Source of the DNA: a virus
Lineage: Duplodnaviria; Caudoviricetes
Reading direction: 5' to 3' (one strand)
Length of the DNA stretch: 64,000 nucleotides
IMG/VR virus record: IMGVR_UViG_3300018481_000023
Location: 485-64,484 of that record
The translations under genes and the position numbers were made by a program. This document shows, piece after piece, positions 17,656 to 27,004 of the stretch. The notes below the pieces were generated by a model. That model made no database searches. It had not been told where the DNA came from and saw only the letters and a list, made by a program, of their open reading frames with translations. Each line of letters begins with the position of its first letter. The stretch's first letter is position 1.

Positions 17656-17731
17656 CCTCGGCAAGCTGATAGGAGGCCTCGGCATTCTCATCATTGTCAT
17701 CACCTCCTTAATGATCGGTCCCAACGTATGA
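17552..17731 (+). CDS. small membrane protein
   Basis: AAGGAG RBS; C-terminal TM LIGGLGILIIVITSLMIG; ATGA coupling to thyX. Confidence 0.5.
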   Translation: MPLKRPPTPRLRVQAKERAKGRTVSLVPEVWLANNLGKLIGGLGILIIVITSLMIGPNV

Positions 17732-18711
17732 ACGCCGAGGAAGATTTCAAGGCCATAGTAATCGCCGACTCCATCTCGCCATACGGCATCCGAATGGTCA
17801 CGTTCCAGCTTCACTACCCGAGGTTCATCCACGCGGAGTTTATGACCCACCGAGTGTTCAGTCGCAATGCTCGCTCATCAAGGGCAGTACCGGTCAAGAA
17901 GCTTCTGAAGGAGAAGCCGTACCTACCTAAGTTCATGAAGAATCAGCCTGGCATGCAGTCCTTCGAAGAATTGGACCCCCGCGAACAAATTAGTGCCCGG
18001 GATGAGTGGAACGAAGCAGCGTGGTTCTGCCAGGCTACAGCAGGGGAACTCAACACCCTTGGGGTACACAAGCAGTGGGCGAACCGGATGCTTGAGTGGT
18101 TCGGCTTTATTGACGTGGTTGTCTCGAGTACCGACTGGGCTAACTTCTTCAACCTCCGTGATCACCCAGCTGCGATGCCCGAGATCCAACTCCTGGCCCA
18201 AGCCATGCGGGACGCAATGGACAGAAGCGTCCCCATACTCCGCTCGGATACTTGGCACCTTCCATATATCACCGAAGAAGACCGGGAATCTCACGAAAGC
18301 GGTGACCTTCTGCTGGCATCTACAGCACGTTGTGCACGGGTCTCCTACGCGCCCTTTGACGCAGAGCATCCTGACTTTGGTAAAGACCTTGAACTTGCCC
18401 ATAAGCTCATTGGCTCTGACCCACTTCACGCAAGCCCCGCTGAACACCAAGCCTTTCCCGACTCCATCAAAGAGGACGCATGGGTTGATCTAGCTTTGCA
18501 CGGAAACCTATACGGATGGGTTCAGTTCCGCAAAACCCTCGTCGGTGAGCAGGTGGCCGATAGAGGGAGAACAATTAAGCAATGCCTAGACTACTACGAA
18601 AGGTACAGAAATGCCGAAGAACAAAGACAAGGCGAAGCCGAAGACCCTAGCGCCCTCAAAGGACCCGAAGACAAGCACGGAAACCTCCAAGGCTGGGATT
18701 CGCGTCTATAG
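17728..18711 (+). CDS. thyX: FAD-dependent thymidylate synthase
   Basis: YPRFIHAEFMTHRVFSRNARSSRAVP, HKQWANRMLE, WHLPY, ARCARVSY, HASPAEHQA. Confidence 0.92.
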   Translation: MNAEEDFKAIVIADSISPYGIRMVTFQLHYPRFIHAEFMTHRVFSRNARSSRAVPVKKLLKEKPYLPKFMKNQPGMQSFEELDPREQISARDEWNEAAWFCQATAGELNTLGVHKQWANRMLEWFGFIDVVVSSTDWANFFNLRDHPAAMPEIQLLAQAMRDAMDRSVPILRSDTWHLPYITEEDRESHESGDLLLASTARCARVSYAPFDAEHPDFGKDLELAHKLIGSDPLHASPAEHQAFPDSIKEDAWVDLALHGNLYGWVQFRKTLVGEQVADRGRTIKQCLDYYERYRNAEEQRQGEAEDPSALKGPEDKHGNLQGWDSRL

Positions 18712-18850
18712 AGGCAGAGAGCGTCATGCTCCTCCGAACATGGAGCGTTTCTATGCTAAAACGTGGGGCATGCACATGGCTGTCTCTGGACAGGCAGAGC
18801 GTAATCTCCTTCGGCGTCAACGCCAAAACTTCTCAGGCACTAGTCGGTGA
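18611..18850 (+). CDS. basic hypothetical protein
   Basis: AAGG RBS; GTGA coupling to helicase; overlaps thyX 3' end. Confidence 0.5.
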   Translation: MPKNKDKAKPKTLAPSKDPKTSTETSKAGIRVYRGRERHAPPNMERFYAKTWGMHMAVSGQAERNLLRRQRQNFSGTSR

Positions 18851-20346
18851 CCCAAATGCCAATGCCGAAGCTGGACCGTAGTCACTCCTTCCCCGCCAAC
18901 AACGATGACGAGGTCTTGGTAGAAGAGTTAGGGCTGCACCAGCCCATGCTCGAACGGGGTGTTACCCTGAAGAACCCACAGCTGCTGGCGGTCCAGTTCG
19001 GCAAACAATCTCCCCGCTTTATCCTCTCCTTCGATAAGGGGATGGGCAAGACACTTACGTACCTCAGGATCGCCGAAGAATCAGGGGTAGAACAGATCCT
19101 CCTGCTGTGCACCCGTGGTGCAATGCTTCGGCAGTTCGAAGAGGTCAAGAAGTACTTTCCCCAATGGCTGGACCAGATAGTGTTCATCCGTGGGAGCGCA
19201 ACTCAGAGGGCCAAAGCCTGGCATACGAAAGGTAAAATCTATGTCTGCACATACGCAACCTTCTTGGCCGACATGGGCAAACGTAAAATGCCTCGTGAGG
19301 GAGTCTCTTCTCGTATCGCCCCTGACTGGTGTAATTCACCCGAGCTGGTCATTGCCGACGAGTACCACCGCGTCATGCGTAACCGAAGCCAACAACGGAA
19401 GAAGAATGCTACCCTTGATCTGCTTAAGCAGACCGCCAAAAAGAGACTAATTCTCAGTTCAGGTAGCGCAGCCAACAAAGGGCCCCATTCAATGTGGGCC
19501 GCCCTGAACCTGATTGAGCCCCGTTTGTTCTCCTCGTACTGGAAGTATGTGGGGACCTATTGTGTGGTGGACGATACTCCGTTCGGGAAGCAGATCATAG
19601 GGGTCAAGAACGTAGAAGGGTGGCGCAACTTTATCGCCCCTTACGTGTTCCATAGGAAGAAGGACCTTAAAGACTATCCTCCAAAGACTCGTCAGGCGCT
19701 CCCCGTCCAGATGGAAGGGTGGCAACAGAAGATCCACGATGACCTAAAGAAGAAGCTGATCACCATCCTACCTAACGACGCTATATACTTTGCGCCTAAC
19801 ACCCTTGCAGCCCTGACAAGAATTCGGCAGATGATGATCTGTCCCAAGTTTCTCGACCCCAGCCTAGACTACGGGGCTGGTCTCCAGGGAATATGGGACG
19901 ATGTGGAGGACTCCGAGCTGACCCACTGGGTTATCTCGACCCCATATGTTGGTCCAATGCCCTACATCGCAGAGTTCTTCGCCTCCAAGGGGTTCGATAC
20001 CGAATTCCTGAGGGGCGGCATGGATATGGACCAAATGGCCCTTGCTATACGGAGGTGGACCGAAAAAGGTGGTCCTATGGTCCAGTCGATAGAATTTGCA
20101 GAGTCCTACGAGCTACCAGCCGCCAACGTGATGTACATGCTAGGATACAGTCATGACCCAGAGCGAAACTCCCAAGCAGAGGACCGAATCCATCGTGACC
20201 TCCGTGTTACTCCACATCCTGTTGATATTTACTACGTCAAACACCTTGGCGCTGTGGACGAACTCATCATTGACACAATGTCCATGCACGCCGACAACGT
20301 GCATGCCCTTCTCAACGCCCCGATCCACCGCGTCCTAAACCTGTAG
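18847..20346 (+). CDS. SNF2-like SF2 helicase
   Basis: DKGMGKT, IADEYH, LSSGS, QAEDRIHR motifs. Confidence 0.87.
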   Translation: MTQMPMPKLDRSHSFPANNDDEVLVEELGLHQPMLERGVTLKNPQLLAVQFGKQSPRFILSFDKGMGKTLTYLRIAEESGVEQILLLCTRGAMLRQFEEVKKYFPQWLDQIVFIRGSATQRAKAWHTKGKIYVCTYATFLADMGKRKMPREGVSSRIAPDWCNSPELVIADEYHRVMRNRSQQRKKNATLDLLKQTAKKRLILSSGSAANKGPHSMWAALNLIEPRLFSSYWKYVGTYCVVDDTPFGKQIIGVKNVEGWRNFIAPYVFHRKKDLKDYPPKTRQALPVQMEGWQQKIHDDLKKKLITILPNDAIYFAPNTLAALTRIRQMMICPKFLDPSLDYGAGLQGIWDDVEDSELTHWVISTPYVGPMPYIAEFFASKGFDTEFLRGGMDMDQMALAIRRWTEKGGPMVQSIEFAESYELPAANVMYMLGYSHDPERNSQAEDRIHRDLRVTPHPVDIYYVKHLGAVDELIIDTMSMHADNVHALLNAPIHRVLNL

Positions 20347-20366
20347 GCCCACTTTATTTTATGGTC

Positions 20367-20411
20367 TACCAAAAGATTCCTCTTGATTGACCAGTCGAAA
20401 TGTGCTATAAT
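20367..20411 (+). promoter_or_regulatory. sigma70-like promoter with TACC box
   Basis: TACCAAAAGATTCCTC-TTGATT-17nt-TATAAT. Confidence 0.8.
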
Positions 20412-20464
20412 AATGGAACAAGCACAGCATCAACAACTCCGCATTAAGCAAAGAGCCTAACCGC

Positions 20465-21760
20465 ATGAACGTTTTGAACCTTGCAACGCTGAAGGATGGG
20501 CGCAAAGCCATTATCATCCGGACAAGCGACCGCATCACGTTCAAGCAGTGTCGTCGGAAGTGGGCTTGGAGTTCTCACCTTAAAGGGAACTATGGATCAA
20601 CCTCGCTGGCGGGCCCATTATGGTTCGGCTCTGGGGTTCACTACGGTCTTGAAGACTATCACGGGTATAACTATTTTGGGTCCGCTGCAGATGCGTTCCG
20701 GGCATATTGCATAGCTACCAGTAAACAGTACCAACGGGATCTTCCTCCAGATGCACAAGAACTCTTCAAGCTTGGAACAGCCCTCCTCGACTACTACTGT
20801 AATGTCTGGCTCGCCCATCCGGGACGTCCCCTCAATCCTACCTTTTACTATCCTGATGCAGATACTGGAGAAAGCCGACCGCAAGTCGAGGTCAACTTCG
20901 AAATCCAAGTACCATTGGAGTCGTGTCCTCGCTTGGCAGCTTTGGCAGAGGCGCAAGGTGCTGATTGTGTTCTCTACCGTGGAACAATTGACCGTATGGG
21001 TGAGGACCGTGATGGTAACCTATGGGTCTATGAATACAAGACAGCGAAGCGGGCTGAGCATATGCATTACGAAACCGACCCGCAGGTTACTGTTTACCAA
21101 TGGGCCGCCCAACATATCTATGGACGACCTATTGCTGGAGTTGTCTATCTTCAGCTCGTCAAGAATGAGCCTAAGGTGCCGACTCCACTGTCGACAGGCA
21201 AAATCTCAACGGCGTCAAACCTTGTCACATCCGCTCCTCTATATCGACGAGGCCTTGAGCTTATGTACGGAAGCGCATCCAACGCTCCCGAGCCTAATCA
21301 AAAATTCCTGACCGATCTCCAGCTCAAGGAAAACGAGAACAAGGATCGGTTCATCATCCGGGAATATATCACTCGGAACGAGACCCAGTTGCATATGGAG
21401 TCGCAGAAGATCCTCCTCGAACTGGAAGACATGTTGAATCCGGATCTAGCATTATACCCCAATCCTACTCGCGAGTGTTCGCGCATGTGCGGTTTCTTGA
21501 GCCCATGTGTAGCGTTTGACGCCGGAGCAGATTGGGAAGGAATGATCGGGGCACGTTTTGGACAGCGTGATTCCGATCCGGACACGTTCTGGAGACGTAG
21601 GCTACCTTCCGTCGAGAAGATGAAAGCCCTACGCGGGACTAAGCTTATTCCAGACTTGGAAGAGATGCAATTACGTCTCCAGGACATGTCAGAAGCAGAC
21701 CGCGATTCCATCGTTCGCGGGGAGCAGGAGGTCGAGTTCACAATGATGGAAACCTACTAA
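20465..21760 (+). CDS. PD-(D/E)xK exonuclease, Cas4/AddB-like with Fe-S cysteines
   Basis: FKQCRRKW, GSGVHYGLE, GTIDR, YEYKT, QVTVY, CSRMCGFLSPC. Confidence 0.83.
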   Translation: MNVLNLATLKDGRKAIIIRTSDRITFKQCRRKWAWSSHLKGNYGSTSLAGPLWFGSGVHYGLEDYHGYNYFGSAADAFRAYCIATSKQYQRDLPPDAQELFKLGTALLDYYCNVWLAHPGRPLNPTFYYPDADTGESRPQVEVNFEIQVPLESCPRLAALAEAQGADCVLYRGTIDRMGEDRDGNLWVYEYKTAKRAEHMHYETDPQVTVYQWAAQHIYGRPIAGVVYLQLVKNEPKVPTPLSTGKISTASNLVTSAPLYRRGLELMYGSASNAPEPNQKFLTDLQLKENENKDRFIIREYITRNETQLHMESQKILLELEDMLNPDLALYPNPTRECSRMCGFLSPCVAFDAGADWEGMIGARFGQRDSDPDTFWRRRLPSVEKMKALRGTKLIPDLEEMQLRLQDMSEADRDSIVRGEQEVEFTMMETY

Positions 21761-21796
21761 GTCCAAGCAGTTCAACACGTGAGAAAGGAAGAAGAC

Positions 21797-22204
21797 ATGG
21801 GTGTTACCGTTGGAGCAATCTACAACTACAACGACTCGAACTACAAGGTGACCCGTTACCAACCGGGCAACCTTCTGGTTCTCGGAATGGACGATGCCTG
21901 GGAAGACGGTGTCGAATTCGTCGACGAGCCGAATGCCGGCGTTACGTATGTCTGCGAGGTCGATGACTTCGAGCAGAACTACAACGAAGGTTCAGTCGGC
22001 GACCAAGAAGGCGAAGAGCATCCTCCGGAAGAAGGCGAAATCGACAACACGCTGCCGGGTGAACAGCCGGAAGTTGATAACGAGCTGCCCGAACAGCAAC
22101 CCGAAGTCGACAACACGCTTCCCGAACACGGCGGGGACGTCAACCTTGATCCCGATCTCGATCCCGACAAAGACGATCCGCGGCCGACTCCCTACAAGAA
22201 GTAG
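21797..22204 (+). CDS. acidic protein with (I/V)DN(T/E)LP repeats
   Basis: Three 11-aa repeats EIDNTLPGEQP/EVDNELPEQQP/EVDNTLPEHGG. Confidence 0.65.
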   Translation: MGVTVGAIYNYNDSNYKVTRYQPGNLLVLGMDDAWEDGVEFVDEPNAGVTYVCEVDDFEQNYNEGSVGDQEGEEHPPEEGEIDNTLPGEQPEVDNELPEQQPEVDNTLPEHGGDVNLDPDLDPDKDDPRPTPYKK

Positions 22205-22246
22205 GTTTCGCGCAAGTTACCTACGACTCATAAGTGAGGGAAGACT

Positions 22247-23209
22247 ATGGCGACCGAAGCACCTGTACAGGCCGAAGAAGTAATACCTACCGCTAACGCG
22301 GGTCCAGCCTTTACGGGTGCTTCGGCTCCCTTGCGGCCAAAATCTGATTCCCCCTCCGCCTTCATTGGTTCGTCCATGATGGGCAGGGGGCACTCACGAT
22401 TCCTCAACGCCCTTTTCTATGGGCGGCATGGATCGGGCAAATCGACTCTAGCGGGGTCTGCCATTGACGTAAAGGAAATGGCGGATGTGTTGGTTGTCAC
22501 CGCAGAAGGCGGAGACGTCGTCTTCGAGGGCAACCCACGCATCAAGAACTGGGAGGGATTAGATGTCATTAAAGTCGACCGCGTCGAGCAGTTTCAAAAG
22601 GTTTACGAGTGGCTTAGGGCGCATGTTCAGTGGCGGGATAAGCCAGAGCATGAAGAGAAGCTTCGTGGCCTTCAAGACATGGCTTTTCCGCCGGAAATCA
22701 TCCCCAACCCAGAAAAACTCCGACGATACCGAACCGTCGTCGTAGATTCTCTGACCGAGATTGAAGCCCTCAACCTCACAAAGATCCTTGACCTAGACAA
22801 CATCGGATTCGATGCCGGTGATGAGATGGCTGTGGCAGGATATCCGCAGTTCCGCAAGAACATGCACATGATCCAGAAGATTGTGCGGCAGTTCCGCGAC
22901 CTGGATATTAACTTCATCGCCATATGTTCGGAAACCTGGATTCAGGACGAGCGCAAAGCCTACCACTACTCCCCCCGTCTAACGGGCCAGCTCAAGGACA
23001 TCATCCAAGGATTCTTCGATATTGTAGGCTGGCTCGTACCCAGTTCTACTACAGATGCAACCGGCGTTTCACCCAGACGCCTGTTCGTGCAGCCTCAGAC
23101 TGCACCGAGGGCAGACGCAAAGTGTCGTCTGGCCACGTTCAAGGCCCCAAGCTTTGATGATCCCGTTATGCAGGATATTATGCTGCAGACGGGTTTCATC
23201 AGGCGTTAA
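22247..23209 (+). CDS. Sak4-like AAA ATPase (ssDNA annealing/recombinase)
   Basis: LFYGRHGSGKSTLA, AEGG, VVVDSLTE, FFDIVG, AKCR. Confidence 0.8.
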   Translation: MATEAPVQAEEVIPTANAGPAFTGASAPLRPKSDSPSAFIGSSMMGRGHSRFLNALFYGRHGSGKSTLAGSAIDVKEMADVLVVTAEGGDVVFEGNPRIKNWEGLDVIKVDRVEQFQKVYEWLRAHVQWRDKPEHEEKLRGLQDMAFPPEIIPNPEKLRRYRTVVVDSLTEIEALNLTKILDLDNIGFDAGDEMAVAGYPQFRKNMHMIQKIVRQFRDLDINFIAICSETWIQDERKAYHYSPRLTGQLKDIIQGFFDIVGWLVPSSTTDATGVSPRRLFVQPQTAPRADAKCRLATFKAPSFDDPVMQDIMLQTGFIRR

Positions 23210-23277
23210 TTAAGGCTAAGATCTGAGAGGTATCCGTGGCCTCTACACGGACAACTGCAAACAAGCAAGGAAGCAAC

Positions 23278-23814
23278 ATGGCAAAGAATCAAGCCAATAC
23301 AGCGGAAGCTGGTGATACCGAAGTCCTCGAGCAGGAAACTCAGGGCATCCTGGACGAATCTGGCGAAGGCTTTACCTTCGACATGGAGTCTCAGGAAGCT
23401 GACGAAGGCTTTCCTACCGCGGACGCTGGCATCTATGACCTGTCTTTGGACCAGTGCGAGTATAAGAACTCGCAGTCGTCCGGTCATCCGATGTGGGCAA
23501 TGCGCTGGGTAATCGTTGGGCCTGACCCTGCGATTGCCGAGAAGAAGATCGGTGTTCGTCACTTCCAGTCGTTCAAGCCGGAGCAGATGGGTCGTGCGAA
23601 ATTCATGATCCAGCGTATCGGCCGTGAAGACCTCCTGACGAAGGACTTCAATCCCAAGAAGATTGCGGATGACGCTCTCCTCACCGGGACTGTTGCTCGC
23701 GCTCGTCTGGGCGTCAGGGACGACCCCCAGTACGGGAAGTCGAATGAGATCAAGCAGTTCCTGCCCTTGAACGCCGAAGGCGTGAAAGCTGGGGCCGGCA
23801 ACTTCCAGATGTAA
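23278..23814 (+). CDS. ssDNA-binding protein (DUF669-like)
   Basis: DAGIYDL...CEYKNSQSSGHPMW, NEIKQF; follows Sak4-like gene; AAGGAAG RBS. Confidence 0.7.
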   Translation: MAKNQANTAEAGDTEVLEQETQGILDESGEGFTFDMESQEADEGFPTADAGIYDLSLDQCEYKNSQSSGHPMWAMRWVIVGPDPAIAEKKIGVRHFQSFKPEQMGRAKFMIQRIGREDLLTKDFNPKKIADDALLTGTVARARLGVRDDPQYGKSNEIKQFLPLNAEGVKAGAGNFQM

Positions 23815-23824
23815 TCGACTACTC

Positions 23825-24070
23825 GTGCGTTCGGCGGCTGAACATCGTGGAGATGCACTCAACCAATTGTCCAGTTTGGGAAGGGCAAGTATTCCTAATG
23901 CGGCGGTGTTGATGGGAATCCATCACCACACACTACGTGTATACATCGAACTGGGGCTGGTACAGCCCTTCTGGATCGGTGAAAGGGCGTGGATAACCGC
24001 AAAGGAAATTACCCGCTTCAAGAGGGACGAGGAGTACATCAAGAGTCAACGACGGAAGCTCGCCGGATAG
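23825..24070 (+). CDS. MerR/excisionase-like HTH protein
   Basis: SIPNAAVLMGIHHHTLRVYIELGLV...IGERAWITAKEITRF. Confidence 0.6.
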   Translation: MRSAAEHRGDALNQLSSLGRASIPNAAVLMGIHHHTLRVYIELGLVQPFWIGERAWITAKEITRFKRDEEYIKSQRRKLAG

Positions 24071-24078
24071 AGGCCAAC

Positions 24079-24114
24079 GGGAGAGAGTGTTGCACGGCGC
24101 TCTCTCCCAACTTT
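24079..24114 (+). terminator. stem-loop upstream of queC
   Basis: GGGAGAGAGTG/CGCTCTCTCCC stem then AACTTT. Confidence 0.45.
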
Positions 24115-24132
24115 CCGGAATTGAGGCCAAAA

Positions 24133-24846
24133 ATGGATCACAAGGTATTCGTCCTCCTCTCAGGAGGTGTCGACAGTACTACCACACTCGCCATCGCGGG
24201 GAAAGAATTCCCCGCCGATATCATCGAAACCGTTACCATTGATTATGGGCAACGTCACATTCGCGAGAAGGAATGTGCACATTTCCAGTCAGTGGTCTAT
24301 GCCAACATTTCCCACACCATTGATGCCAAAGGTCTACTGACCGGCATGTTGGTTGAAAAGGGTGCAGCCAACGAGGACATCCCTAATGCTTCCTACGCCG
24401 ATCTTCCCAAGGGAATTTCCCCTACTTATGTTTCGTTCCGCAACGGAACTATGCTTAGCCTACTGGCTGCACGCGCGCAATCCTGGATTATGGACCAGCA
24501 AAAAGTTCAGCCCGACGAAGAGTTCAACGCTACCCTCTACATCGGAGTCCACGCCGACGACGGAGTCAACTGGGCTTACCCCGATTGTACTCCGGAGTTC
24601 ATCGGAGCTATGGCCAATGCCATTTTTGTGGGCACCTATAATCGCGTACGCCTACGCGCTCCGCTTCAGTACGACAACAAGATCGAAGTAGTCGCGAAAG
24701 GCCTCAGGCTAGGCGTGAATTACCAAGAAACTTGGTCCTGTTACCGTGGTGAAGACGCTCACTGCGGTACCTGCCCGACTTGTCGCTCCCGCAAGGAAGC
24801 GTTCGAGATGAATAGCGTCCCAGATCCGACGAGGTACGCAGCATGA
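24133..24846 (+). CDS. queC: 7-cyano-7-deazaguanine synthase
   Basis: LLSGGVDST, DYGQRH, TYVSFRN, YPDCTPEF, TWSCY, HCGTCPTCRSR. Confidence 0.95.
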   Translation: MDHKVFVLLSGGVDSTTTLAIAGKEFPADIIETVTIDYGQRHIREKECAHFQSVVYANISHTIDAKGLLTGMLVEKGAANEDIPNASYADLPKGISPTYVSFRNGTMLSLLAARAQSWIMDQQKVQPDEEFNATLYIGVHADDGVNWAYPDCTPEFIGAMANAIFVGTYNRVRLRAPLQYDNKIEVVAKGLRLGVNYQETWSCYRGEDAHCGTCPTCRSRKEAFEMNSVPDPTRYAA

Positions 24847-25298
24847 TGCAAGTAATTAAGACGTATGGCCACGAGCGAGGACTCTCCGCTACTTTCCGCC
24901 AGCATAGGTGCAACACGCACTGCAGGTTTATCCACGGCTATGCACTAGCCTTCACTCTTACCTTCGAATGTCCCGAAGACGAGGTAGATGATAACGGTTG
25001 GGTAATCGACTTCGGCGGGCTTAAGAAGGTGGAGCAGTTCCTTAAGGATAACTTCGACCACAAGTACCTTGCCGCTGGAGACGACCCCCTGCTCTCCAAT
25101 CTGGAGCGTGATGAGGAAGAGGGTCTTATCCAGTTAATCGTTCTTCCCGACGGAGTAGGCTGTGAGGCTTTCACGAAGTACGTGGCCATGCAGGTCGAGG
25201 AGATGCTTGCCTGCGGTGACTTCGGTGATACGCAGGCTCAGCTGGTGAGCGTGGAAGTACGGGAACACGGATCGAATGGAGCTCGCTATGTCCTCTAA
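24843..25298 (+). CDS. queD: 6-carboxy-5,6,7,8-tetrahydropterin synthase
   Basis: HCRFIHGY, WVIDFGGLK, FDHKY, GCE, VEVRE. Confidence 0.92.
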   Translation: MMQVIKTYGHERGLSATFRQHRCNTHCRFIHGYALAFTLTFECPEDEVDDNGWVIDFGGLKKVEQFLKDNFDHKYLAAGDDPLLSNLERDEEEGLIQLIVLPDGVGCEAFTKYVAMQVEEMLACGDFGDTQAQLVSVEVREHGSNGARYVL

Positions 25299-26190
25299 CC
25301 CCGATGAGACAATCCGCAAGGGCATAGACGATCTTCCGGCTGACCTCGAAGAGCCGCCTATCTCTCAGGAGGACAAGAAGGAGAAGAAGCTCGCCATAGT
25401 CGAGATCTTCGGACCCACGATTCAAGGCGAGGGGCCTCATGCTGGGATGAAGACAATGTTCATCCGCTTTGGTGGATGTGACTATCGTTGTGTCAAATGT
25501 GATTCCCTACATGCTGTTCTCCCCACCGCAGTCAGAGCCCATGCGCGCTACATGACTCCGGACGAAATTATCGACGAGCTGGTCGAGAAGCGAGGTAATT
25601 CGGGAACACACTGGGTAGTGTTTTCAGGAGGCAACCCATGCATGTGGGATCTCAACCGCCTCATCTCCTACGTTCACGGAGCCGGCTTCGGGATAGCCGT
25701 AGAAACCCAGGGTACCATCCTACCAGACTGGCTTATTCGTTGCCAACAGGTTACCATTTCCCCAAAATCACCTGGCATGGGAGAAAAGTTCGAGCCGGAC
25801 AAATATGTCGCCATGATCACTCGGCTCTACGACGCGGGGACACCATTTGCTACCAAGGTGGTTGTGTTCTCGGCCCTGGACATTGAGTTTGCCGTCGAGG
25901 TCTGGAACATTATGAATACGGTGGTGCCTATCAATCTCGAACCATTCATGATGTTGAGCCTCGGCAATCCTTACCCCCCTATCATAACGCAGGAGGGTGT
26001 GCTACGTGAGAACCCCTCTCTGACAGGGGAATCAAAGCTGGACGATCACAGTGACCGCGATCACAGACTGATCCTTCTAGACAACTACCGCCAGCTGCTG
26101 GAAGAGTACGTGCAGGATCCTCGTATCCACCACATGCGCTTCCTTCCACAGCTTCACGTCTTAGCTTGGGGCAACGAAACGGGGAGATGA
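25288..26190 (+). CDS. queE: 7-carboxy-7-deazaguanine synthase (radical SAM)
   Basis: EIFGPTIQGEG, FIRFGGCDYRCVKCDS, SGGNP, ETQG, ISPK, LPQLH. Confidence 0.93.
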   Translation: MSSNPDETIRKGIDDLPADLEEPPISQEDKKEKKLAIVEIFGPTIQGEGPHAGMKTMFIRFGGCDYRCVKCDSLHAVLPTAVRAHARYMTPDEIIDELVEKRGNSGTHWVVFSGGNPCMWDLNRLISYVHGAGFGIAVETQGTILPDWLIRCQQVTISPKSPGMGEKFEPDKYVAMITRLYDAGTPFATKVVVFSALDIEFAVEVWNIMNTVVPINLEPFMMLSLGNPYPPIITQEGVLRENPSLTGESKLDDHSDRDHRLILLDNYRQLLEEYVQDPRIHHMRFLPQLHVLAWGNETGR

Positions 26191-26194
26191 CTCA

Positions 26195-27004
26195 ATGGCC
26201 CACTTTATGCCTGTCGCACCTATCCAGGTCTTGGAACAACTTTACGATCACGATCCTGCTGTGTTCGGGAACTACCATCTACTGCTTGCTCATCACACCG
26301 TACAGTACGCAGATCGCTTCCATGCACTATTCTCGCGGATTGCTGCGGATGGGCTTCTTACGCCGACTATCATCATGGATAACTCGGTGGTCGAACAAGG
26401 CGGCTCGGTTGACATCGGGGTAATGAAGAACGCAGTTGCGGCATGCTTGCCTGACACCAACGAGGTCATTTCCGTTCTCCCCGATGTCATGGGTGATGGG
26501 CTTGAGACCCGTAAGGCAACGGAAGCAGCCTACGAACGGTGGGTAGCAGAGATCCCAGGACCTCCGAATTTCATGGCTGTCTGCCAGGGCAATGACATGC
26601 CTGACTTCGAGCAAAGTGTTCAATTCTTTGCCGATCGGGACTACTTCCCAGACGTCAACTATCTAGGGGTGCCCCGATACCTCGTCTATCTGATTCACAC
26701 GCGTACGTGGGCCATGGATTTCATCGGCCCCTACGTCGAGGACTACAAAACCAACCACATGATCCACCTGCTGGGGTATTCGGACCTTACTCTCGATGAC
26801 CTCGAAGTCTCCAACTACCCAACAGCCTTTAGCATCGACTCTGCAGTTCCCCTGCGGACCGAAGGATCATTCCGTTTCGGCGACCGTACTATGCCACGCC
26901 CCAAAGACTGGTTCGATACCGCTTCCATCGGAGGCAACATGATTGCCAACCTCTCCTATGCACGTCAGATGCACTCGTCAGGGGGCCATGATCCAGAGGT
27001 GTGA
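26195..27004 (+). CDS. dpdA: divergent DpdA/TGT-like deazaguanine transglycosylase
   Basis: IIMDNS, LPDVMGD, MAVCQG, IHLLG, SIDSA motifs of the TGT barrel; directly follows queCDE. Confidence 0.62.
   Translation: MAHFMPVAPIQVLEQLYDHDPAVFGNYHLLLAHHTVQYADRFHALFSRIAADGLLTPTIIMDNSVVEQGGSVDIGVMKNAVAACLPDTNEVISVLPDVMGDGLETRKATEAAYERWVAEIPGPPNFMAVCQGNDMPDFEQSVQFFADRDYFPDVNYLGVPRYLVYLIHTRTWAMDFIGPYVEDYKTNHMIHLLGYSDLTLDDLEVSNYPTAFSIDSAVPLRTEGSFRFGDRTMPRPKDWFDTASIGGNMIANLSYARQMHSSGGHDPEV

Noticed and set aside
20465-21760. Cas4-like gene as part of a CRISPR system
   Set aside because: No repeat-spacer array or other cas genes seen; the context (Sak4, SSB) is a standard phage recombination module
23825-24070. 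Excisionase implying lysogeny
   Set aside because: No integrase or att-like context in the window
24071-24132. preQ1 riboswitch upstream of queC
   Set aside because: Only a simple hairpin; lacks the preQ1-I loop consensus and A-rich tail
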